A stretch of DNA of 64,000 nucleotides from Nanobdellota archaeon (GTDB lineage: Archaea > Aenigmatarchaeota > Aenigmatarchaeia > Aenigmatarchaeales > Aenigmatarchaeaceae), in assembly GCA_018901655.1 (NCBI GenBank), contig JAHIEG010000004.1, positions 4,267 to 68,266 on the forward strand. Reading direction: 5' to 3'. The position numbers and the translations under genes are program-made. The stretch's first letter is position 1, and every line of letters starts with the position of its first letter. Below the pieces are notes generated by a model. It was not told where the DNA came from and did not search any database. It saw only the letters and a program-made list of their open reading frames with translations. Shown here one piece after another: positions 57,593 through 64,000 of the stretch.

Positions 57593-57904
57593 ATGGCTAT
57601 AGAAGATATACCAAAAGAAATTGTTGTTTTAGCATACTTTGATGCAAATGGTTCTCGCAAAATAAGTACTAAAAATATAAAAGAAGATCTGGGTCGATCT
57701 TATGTCAATGCATTTGGAAGACTGTCTTATAAATTTGGATGTGAAATTAATGCTGTTGGTAAGGCATTTAGGAGTCGTGGATACATATATTCTATAAATG
57801 ATAAAGGAAGGGCAGATCTTGAATCATGGATAGAAAGTCATAAAGACATTGCAAGTGAATTGAATGGAATTTATATTGCAAAATTTATTGAAACAAACAT
57901 ATAA
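57593..57904 (+). CDS. small winged-helix-like hypothetical protein (paralogue of 57937..58230)
   Basis: …IYSINDKGRADLESWIESHKD… parallels …IYSITNEGIHNLNKWEEEHKED… in the neighbouring gene. Confidence 0.35.
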   Translation: MAIEDIPKEIVVLAYFDANGSRKISTKNIKEDLGRSYVNAFGRLSYKFGCEINAVGKAFRSRGYIYSINDKGRADLESWIESHKDIASELNGIYIAKFIETNI

Positions 57905-57936
57905 TACTAATTTAAAATTCCCAACCAATAATATTT

Positions 57937-58230
57937 ATGAATAACCCACTTGATAAATATATGACTAGCATAGTGCTTTTAGAATATCTAACAATGAAAA
58001 AAGAAGCCTGTAATAAACACATTAGCACCGTGCTTGGTAAAAAATATAGCAGGATAATTTATAAATTAAAAAATTCAAATGAAATAACTGGTTATCCTGA
58101 ATTTGGTGGTGGACCTAAAATATATTCAATAACAAATGAGGGGATACATAATTTGAATAAGTGGGAAGAAGAACATAAAGAAGATTCTATATTTCTAAAA
58201 TCTTTACTTTCGAAGATTTCCCACGAATAA
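57937..58230 (+). CDS. small winged-helix-like hypothetical protein (tandem paralogue)
   Basis: See the previous entry. Confidence 0.35.
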   Translation: MNNPLDKYMTSIVLLEYLTMKKEACNKHISTVLGKKYSRIIYKLKNSNEITGYPEFGGGPKIYSITNEGIHNLNKWEEEHKEDSIFLKSLLSKISHE

Positions 58231-58390
58231 TCTTACAAAACCCATAGCGCTTTTTCATTTCTTTAATCAATTCAAGATTAGCTTTATTATCTTTAGCTGG
58301 ACTTTTGAGAGATATTTCCCAAACCGCACCTTCTTTGATTTTGAACTCATTAGAATTTGTTTTAATCTTAGCCTTGATTATCATATCCAC
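58187..58390 (-). CDS. DUF167/YggU-family small protein
   Basis: …KIKEGAVWEISLKSPAKDNKANLELIKEMKK…KIIRGKSSKVKILEI matches the UPF0235 pattern (…G.AN..L…G..sr.K.v). Confidence 0.5.
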   Translation of the reverse strand: MDMIIKAKIKTNSNEFKIKEGAVWEISLKSPAKDNKANLELIKEMKKRYGFCKIIRGKSSKVKILEI

Positions 58391-58410
58391 ATTTAAGCTT
58401 TCCGGTATAT

Positions 58411-58737
58411 ATGTTTATTATGAAAGATTTTATGTATTTTGGAAATTATAATCTAGATAATTTAGAAGAAAGAGGTTATATACCGATTGGTAAGCCTGGA
58501 CTAATAACCGGTGAGATATTGCTGGTGGAAGAGCATGAAGATTTGATGAGAACAGCAATTAAACAATCTAATGGTGATGATTTTGAGTGTGATGGTGTTT
58601 CTATCTATGTTAGACACGATACAAGGGATAATATTAATGACCGGGCTAACCATGTAAAAATTGCATTTATTGAGCACTATAAGGATATTCAAAAGATACC
58701 GATACTAACAATTGTACAGCCACTAAAGAAAATATAA
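58411..58737 (+). CDS. hypothetical protein
   Basis: ORF only. Confidence 0.35.
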   Translation: MFIMKDFMYFGNYNLDNLEERGYIPIGKPGLITGEILLVEEHEDLMRTAIKQSNGDDFECDGVSIYVRHDTRDNINDRANHVKIAFIEHYKDIQKIPILTIVQPLKKI

Positions 58738-58738
58738 A

Positions 58739-59284
58739 TTATAATTCAGCAGCTTCTTCTCTACATTCTGGACACGCCCATCTAGAATTAACACTCATTA
58801 AATCATCTGAATAGTTTCCACACAAATCACAATCACCGTCAGTGTTTTCTTCAAAGCTAGCTGGTGCTTCCATTAATAATCTTTCTCTAAGAATCTCAAT
58901 AGCTGCAGGGCATATTCTTGCCACTTCTCTATCAGAAATTATTCCTACCAACTTTCCTCCTTCTACAACTGGTAATCTTTCAAAACCATATTTGCTCATT
59001 TTCCTTGCCGCGTCTCCAAGATCCTCTTCTCCAGTAGCCATTACAAGATTTTTACTCATTATTTCACTCAATTTAATATCCTTACCTGTTAACCCTTTAG
59101 AAACTATTTTATTTACCATATCTTCTCTAGTTACAATTCCTACAATCTTACTTCCTTCACATATAACTAAACAGCCTACGTCTTTCTTTCTCATTGTATC
59201 TGCTCCTTCAACTACCGTTTGATCTGGTCTAGCTGTAACTACCTCGGTTACCATTGCGTCTTTGACTAAGATGTCTGTTACCAT
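58739..59284 (-). CDS. CBS-domain pair protein with C-terminal Zn ribbon
   Basis: Two CBS repeats (…VTARPDQTVVEGADTMRKKDVGCLVI…, …VMATGEEDLGDAARKMSKYGFERLPVV…) and C-terminal CDLCG…CPEC. Confidence 0.75.
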   Translation of the reverse strand: MVTDILVKDAMVTEVVTARPDQTVVEGADTMRKKDVGCLVICEGSKIVGIVTREDMVNKIVSKGLTGKDIKLSEIMSKNLVMATGEEDLGDAARKMSKYGFERLPVVEGGKLVGIISDREVARICPAAIEILRERLLMEAPASFEENTDGDCDLCGNYSDDLMSVNSRWACPECREEAAEL

Positions 59285-59323
59285 ATTTAGTATAAACCTT
59301 GTTAAGAATTTAAAGATTTGTAT

Positions 59324-59668
59324 CTACCCAACAATAGATTCTAAACATAAAATTGTTTCGTCTAATACTGCGTTCATCATATCTACTTCATCTTTACATA
59401 TTTGTTTACCTGTAAGTGAAGACGGACGATAATTAATAGCTGTATCGATCTTATCTGATAGCTCTTTATCATCAATTTTAATAAAATACTTCATAAGTTC
59501 AAGATTACTAGAAACAACACTAAACCAATTACCACGATATTTATATTTACAGGCTTCTTCTCGATCCATTGTTCTAATATCTTGTTCTGGTTGTTCATCT
59601 GTATAGTCGTGTCTCTGATGACGAAGTAAAACCCAATATTTTCCTATCAATTCATTGCTCATAATCAT
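59324..59668 (-). CDS. hypothetical protein
   Basis: ORF only. Confidence 0.35.
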   Translation of the reverse strand: MIMSNELIGKYWVLLRHQRHDYTDEQPEQDIRTMDREEACKYKYRGNWFSVVSSNLELMKYFIKIDDKELSDKIDTAINYRPSSLTGKQICKDEVDMMNAVLDETILCLESIVG

Positions 59669-59740
59669 AGTTACTATTCAATAGTTATAAATACAACATC
59701 TAATATTGTTTTATATTCTATCTACGTCAATAAGTATAGT

Positions 59741-60457
59741 ATGGAAGATGATATTGCTAAAGAATCATTGTCTAAGAAGATAGCTGGTGAAATTGTTCTA
59801 AGTGAAGAACCTGGAAAAACAATACAAAAGTGGAGAAATATATTCAAAATACCTCAAAGGACTTTAGCTAATGAACTTGGTATGATGCCTTCTGTTATAT
59901 CTGATTATGAAAATGGTAGACGACAAAGCCCAGGAATTAAGATTATCAGAAAAATTGTAACTTCTATGATTAATTTAGATGAAAAGGCTGGTGGTAAAGT
60001 GATTAGAGAGTTTTCAAACATGCCTTCAAATAACAACGTTAATGACGCTCTAATAGATAGTAAGGAATTTAGTAAGGGTATTATTATTAAAGATTTTTGT
60101 AAGAAAATCAAGGCAGAGTTGGTAGTAAGACGGGATATGGAAAACGACAAGATTTATGGTTATAGTATAATCGACGCTCTAAAAGCTATAGTAGAATTAT
60201 CGCCAAGTGAGATGGTTAGACTTCATGGATTAACTAGCAAGAAAGCTCTAATATTTTCAGGTGCTAATACTGGACGAAGTTCTATGATCGCTCTAAAAAT
60301 AGGTAATGTTAGACCTGGTCTAGTCGTTCTTCAGACAAAAGAAAAAGATATCGACGTTCTTGCAAGACGGATCGCTCATATTGAAGGTATTCCGGTAGCT
60401 GTTCTTGATATTAAAACTTCTGAACTCAAATCAGCTATTAAGAAGGTATTTAAATGA
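59741..60457 (+). CDS. XRE-type HTH transcriptional regulator with C-terminal domain (archaeal COG1395-like)
   Basis: …QKWRNIFKIPQRTLANELGMMPSVISDYENGRR… HTH. Confidence 0.55.
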   Translation: MEDDIAKESLSKKIAGEIVLSEEPGKTIQKWRNIFKIPQRTLANELGMMPSVISDYENGRRQSPGIKIIRKIVTSMINLDEKAGGKVIREFSNMPSNNNVNDALIDSKEFSKGIIIKDFCKKIKAELVVRRDMENDKIYGYSIIDALKAIVELSPSEMVRLHGLTSKKALIFSGANTGRSSMIALKIGNVRPGLVVLQTKEKDIDVLARRIAHIEGIPVAVLDIKTSELKSAIKKVFK

Positions 60458-60639
60458 GTCCTTTTGTAAAAGGTTCAAAAGAAGGTCAAAAATTTATTAA
60501 TGATGTTATTAAAATTACAGAAAAATTATCTAAAAGGGACGAATATTCTCTAGAAAAAGGTACGTGTTGTTGTCCACAAAAAAATTATTATTTTAATATC
60601 TGATTAAGACCCACACCCCATCGTTTCCTAACGAACTGC

Positions 60640-60900
60640 TCTATATAATAATATATATAAACATTATTATATTATAATAACAGTGTTATATTTTTCATTT
60701 AAAATCGTTGTTATTTTTCTCTAGTTTTAGAAATGTTCCAAAGGAAACAGTGGTGGTAGCGACGATATTACCCCGTTATACCCCTATATTGCATATAAAA
60801 ATGAAGGAACGTGAAGTTCCATAGGCAGCAAAGGGGTAACGTGAAGATAGGTATAAATATGTTCACGGGACAAATCTACATAAGAAGTAGAGGTTATAAC
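60640..60900. promoter_or_regulatory. A/T-rich stretch + three CGTGAAG/CGTGAAC elements + GGAAACAGTGG ORB-like element immediately upstream of orc1/cdc6: candidate origin of replication
   Basis: Seen: A/T-rich 60640..60720; GAACGTGAAGTTCCA (60806..60820), TAACGTGAAGATAGG (60838..60852), ATGTTCACGGGAC (60859..60871, inverted); GTTCCAAAGGAAACAGTGGTGG (60734..60755). Confidence 0.5.
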
Positions 60901-62088
60901 ATGACACTAGAGAATATATTTGACAAATACATGAACAATAATAATATATTCACCAATAGGTCTGTGCTGTCAATTTCATTCACCCCAGAATCTATTCCCC
61001 ACCGGGAGGCACAGATGAACGAACTTGGTCGGATCCTTGCCCCGTCACTTAGGGGCGAGAAACCAAGTAATGTTTTTGTTTATGGTCGAACTGGAACAGG
61101 TAAATCTGTTGTTACTAGACTTGTAGGAGCAGAACTCGAAAAAAGATCAAAAGAGAATGGACATTCTGTAAAAGTAGTTTATTTGAATTGTAAGATGAAA
61201 ACAGCTGATACGGAATATAGATTACTGGCTAGCTTATCTAATGAATTTGGAGTTCATGTTCCGTTTACTGGACTTCCAACAGACCAAGTTTATAAAATTT
61301 TCTTTAATTGTATTGATTCAGTTAAACAAAATGTGATTATAATTATCGATGAAATAGATGCTCTTATTCAGAAAAATGGAGATGAAATTCTTTATAATTT
61401 AACAAGAATTAATCAGGATCTAAAAAATTCCACCCTTTCGATTATAGGAATTACTAATGATTTAGGATTTATTAATAATTTAGATCCAAGAATTAAGTCA
61501 TCTCTTGGTGAAGAAGAGCTTATTTTTCCACCATATGACGCTGTCCAACTTCAAGATATTCTTAGAAATAGAGCAGAACAAGCATTTGTTGTAAAATCAT
61601 TAGATGTGGGGGTTATTGAAAAATGTGCTGCTTTAGCAGCTCAAGAACACGGAGATGCACGAAGGGCTTTAGACCTGTTAAGAGTATCTGGAGAACTAGC
61701 TGAACGAACAGGTTCAATAGTAGTAAACATATCTCATGTTGATCAGGCAGAGGATAAAATAGATATTGATCGAACAGTTGAATTAATGAGAGCACAACCA
61801 AAACAATCTCAGGCTGTTTTGTGGTCAATTGTTAAAAACGATAAAAAAAACAATATAGAAACTGGAGATATAATTGATGTTTATCATGAGGTTTGTAGAG
61901 AGAACTGTCTTAAACCTTTAACACAAAGAAGGGTTTCTGATTTAATATCAGAATTAGACATGTTTCAGGTAATTAATACTAAAGTTATTTCAAAAGGGAG
62001 ATATGGAAGAACAAGAGTTGTTTCTCTAAACGTCTCTGATAATATTCATACAAAATTAACAAATATGTTACAACAGAATTTCTTGTGA
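60901..62088 (+). CDS. cdc6: Orc1/Cdc6 replication initiator
   Basis: Walker A GRTGTGKS, Walker B IIIIDEID, C-terminal wHTH. Start placed at ATG 60901 (MTLENIFDKYM…). The track's GTG start at 60811 lies inside the repeat region. Confidence 0.9.
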   Translation: MTLENIFDKYMNNNNIFTNRSVLSISFTPESIPHREAQMNELGRILAPSLRGEKPSNVFVYGRTGTGKSVVTRLVGAELEKRSKENGHSVKVVYLNCKMKTADTEYRLLASLSNEFGVHVPFTGLPTDQVYKIFFNCIDSVKQNVIIIIDEIDALIQKNGDEILYNLTRINQDLKNSTLSIIGITNDLGFINNLDPRIKSSLGEEELIFPPYDAVQLQDILRNRAEQAFVVKSLDVGVIEKCAALAAQEHGDARRALDLLRVSGELAERTGSIVVNISHVDQAEDKIDIDRTVELMRAQPKQSQAVLWSIVKNDKKNNIETGDIIDVYHEVCRENCLKPLTQRRVSDLISELDMFQVINTKVISKGRYGRTRVVSLNVSDNIHTKLTNMLQQNFL

Positions 62089-62092
62089 TTTT

Positions 62093-63040
62093 ATGGAAAT
62101 AGTAAAAGATTTAATGAAAATGGGAATATTGGTGGATCAGGAAGCTATTGATGCACTGAATAATCTTAAAGATACTGAACTTACTGTGGTTGTTGAAAAA
62201 ACAAAAATAGAAAGACCACTTGTATTAACTCCTGAGTTGGTTTCAATGTATTTGAAATCTACTAAATATGAAATTATTAAACAATTTGAGAGCAAGGAAG
62301 CTTATACAATTCAGGACATAGTTGAACAGTTAAATAAAAGATATGATTTTATTCAAGGCCTGTTAATGAGAAAAGTAGAACTGTCAAACATAGTTTCAAT
62401 AAATAAGTGTGAAAGTGGAAAACTTACTGTAATAGGACTGGTTAAGAAAAAAGAAGATAGTGGAACAAATGATATTCTTGAATTAGAAGACAAGACCGGA
62501 ACACTAAAAGCAGTTATTTCAAAAGATCTTGGTAAAGATATTAAAATTGATGATGTAATCGCGGTTTATGGAAACTATAATAATAAACTTTTGTTTGGAG
62601 AAACATTAAGATATCCAGATGTTCCACTTAGAAAAGCAGGGTGTTCTGAGAAAGAAACAAGGGTTAGTTTTATAATAAACTATGATTTTCAAAAACAAAT
62701 GGATATTGACTCAGAATATATCATAATTAGTAATTGTGATGGTTTAGACGGGGTTAAACAAAGATACCCAAGATCAAAAGTGTTTGTTATTGGAACAGAT
62801 ATTAGGTCTCCTTGTTTAATCAATATTGATGGCGTTGTGTTTATGATAATTTTAGATATTGATCCACTAAAAGCGCTAAAGAGAAGATATGTTTCGATTG
62901 ATAAAACAGATTTTTTGGTAAATACAGTACCAGATATAATTTTAACAAATAGGGAAATTGAAACGAACTATAAATCAATAAGTGTTATTAGTAAATCTGT
63001 TGAAATAAATTTAAAAACTAGAGAAATTAATATAATTTAA
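62093..63040 (+). CDS. DNA polymerase II small subunit (DP1)-like protein: N-terminal helical domain + OB fold, but short (315 aa) with no recognisable phosphoesterase motifs
   Basis: N-terminus MEIVKDLMKMGILVDQEAIDAL… and OB block …GKLTVIGLVKKKEDSGTNDILELEDKTGTLKAVIS… resemble DP1. No GDxxD/GNHD/GNHE motifs. Confidence 0.45.
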   Translation: MEIVKDLMKMGILVDQEAIDALNNLKDTELTVVVEKTKIERPLVLTPELVSMYLKSTKYEIIKQFESKEAYTIQDIVEQLNKRYDFIQGLLMRKVELSNIVSINKCESGKLTVIGLVKKKEDSGTNDILELEDKTGTLKAVISKDLGKDIKIDDVIAVYGNYNNKLLFGETLRYPDVPLRKAGCSEKETRVSFIINYDFQKQMDIDSEYIIISNCDGLDGVKQRYPRSKVFVIGTDIRSPCLINIDGVVFMIILDIDPLKALKRRYVSIDKTDFLVNTVPDIILTNREIETNYKSISVISKSVEINLKTREINII

Positions 63041-63345
63041 TAGTTCCATGGTAGCCTTTCTTTGAATTTACTTATATCTTCAGTTGATCCTTTTATTTCA
63101 TATTCAAAACCAGGAAGTACACTATCTTCTGATTTTCCAATTACTTCTACAGGAAAGTGCCGATTCACATATCCTATACTATATTTTTTTATCCAAGAAC
63201 CTTTTGGGATTTTAATTGTTTCTGTTATATAATCTACCTCATGTGTATTTTCATCATAACTTATATTTACCTCTACGTTTGTGTTAGAATCAACTTCTGT
63301 TGTGATAACATTTGAATCTTCAATCATGTAGATTTTATTATTCAA
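63037..63345 (-). CDS. hypothetical protein
   Basis: ORF only. Confidence 0.35.
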   Translation of the reverse strand: MNNKIYMIEDSNVITTEVDSNTNVEVNISYDENTHEVDYITETIKIPKGSWIKKYSIGYVNRHFPVEVIGKSEDSVLPGFEYEIKGSTEDISKFKERLPWNY

Positions 63346-63453
63346 TAAAAAGATATATAAATGTAATTAGCCCTTCGTCAATCGATGTATTTAACATTAG
63401 TAATACCTTTAACTCTTTAAATAATTTCAGGTGTAATATGATACAGTGATTAT

Positions 63454-64000
63454 ATGAAGTTACAGATTCTCGATTGCGATCATATTCTTGTAAACGGAAA
63501 TCCAGTAATAAGACTATTTTGTAAAGATGAAAAGGGCGAGTCTTTTTGTGTATTCAAAGAAGGATTTTTACCATACTTTTATTTACACGTTTCAAAAGAA
63601 TTCTCAAATGAAGATGTAAAATATGAGATTGAAAAACAAGGATTAAAATTTGAAGAAGAAGAAAAATTTACTCCAGTAGGTTATCAGGAAAAAGAGAAGA
63701 AAGTACTAAAGATAATTGGAAGAGATCCTGCTAAGATGTCAGAAATTAGAGAGTGGGTAAGTAAATTTGGAACATTGTATGAAGCAGATGTTTTATTCAA
63801 ATATAGATTTATGGTTGATCATGGTTTGAGAGGAATGGGTTGGATAGAAGTTGAAGGAAATCCAGTAAGAACAAATACAGTTAAGTGTAAATCGATTGAT
63901 GCAAAAACAATTACCCCGATTGAAGTTTTACAAAATGCGCCGTTAAGATATATGGCGTTTGATCTTGAAGCAATTGCTGCAGATCGTGGATTGCCAATTT
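63454..64000 (+). CDS. polB: family B DNA polymerase, N-terminal part (3' partial at window edge)
   Basis: N-terminal domain and Exo I motif …YMAFDLE…. Frame open to position 64000. Confidence 0.9.
   Translation, partial: MKLQILDCDHILVNGNPVIRLFCKDEKGESFCVFKEGFLPYFYLHVSKEFSNEDVKYEIEKQGLKFEEEEKFTPVGYQEKEKKVLKIIGRDPAKMSEIREWVSKFGTLYEADVLFKYRFMVDHGLRGMGWIEVEGNPVRTNTVKCKSIDAKTITPIEVLQNAPLRYMAFDLEAIAADRGLPI

Noticed and set aside
60811-60900. ORF-track start of cdc6 at GTG 60811 (MKFHRQQRGNVKIGINMFTG…)
   Set aside because: The N-terminal extension is translated from the CGTGAAG repeat region. The canonical Cdc6 N-terminus begins at ATG 60901 (MTLENIFDKYM…).
1-64000. CRISPR arrays, rRNA genes, transposase or integrase genes
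   Set aside because: No regularly spaced direct repeats with unique spacers, no rRNA-like conserved stretches, and no DDE or tyrosine-recombinase motifs were seen. The CACGTGAAG repeats are irregularly spaced and abut initiator genes, so they are not CRISPR-like.

Overview
This window reads as a low-GC (about 30%), densely coded archaeal chromosome segment. The features pointing that way are an archaeal histone, an FtsZ-SecE-Spt5-L11-L1-L10-L12 cluster, archaeal DnaG, archaeosine TGT, two-subunit OFOR, and TATA promoters 23-24 nt upstream of ATGs (leaderless mRNAs). The compact, intein-bearing, split-gene style suggests a DPANN-like lineage, but that is inference only. Housekeeping content: pheT (5' partial), leuS, alaS, ftsZ, secE, spt5, rpl11/1/10/12, FKBP PPIase, RPA, RadA, histone, DnaG primase, arcTGT, korAB, PyrD-like, SpeH-like, two tRNAs (Arg-UCU, Gln-CUG), and an Orc1/Cdc6 + DP1-like + PolB (3' partial) replication cluster at the right edge. 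Noteworthy observations: (1) A class III ribonucleotide reductase operon (nrdD-large / nrdD-small / redoxin / nrdG). NrdD carries two LAGLIDADG inteins, and its glycyl-radical C-terminus is a separate 65-aa ORF, with the split running through the Zn-ribbon. (2) Two arrays of a palindromic CACGTGAAG-type repeat, each beside an Orc1/Cdc6-type AAA+ gene (two candidate origins only about 22 kb apart). (3) Two paralogous free-standing HTH + double-LAGLIDADG + wHTH genes, one frameshifted at an A8 run. (4) A MinD gene whose Walker A motif is interrupted by a 30-nt hairpin-forming, stop-containing insertion. (5) An AT-rich 2.6-kb islet of winged-helix/nuclease-like genes with matching palindromic operators. 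(6) A G10 homopolymer upstream of a lipoprotein gene. (7) A CYTH gene and two small ORFs inserted inside the conserved ribosomal stalk cluster. (8) A conserved promoter consensus (TTTAAAT + CC/TTYTCTGTCTA). No CRISPR array or rRNA gene was found.
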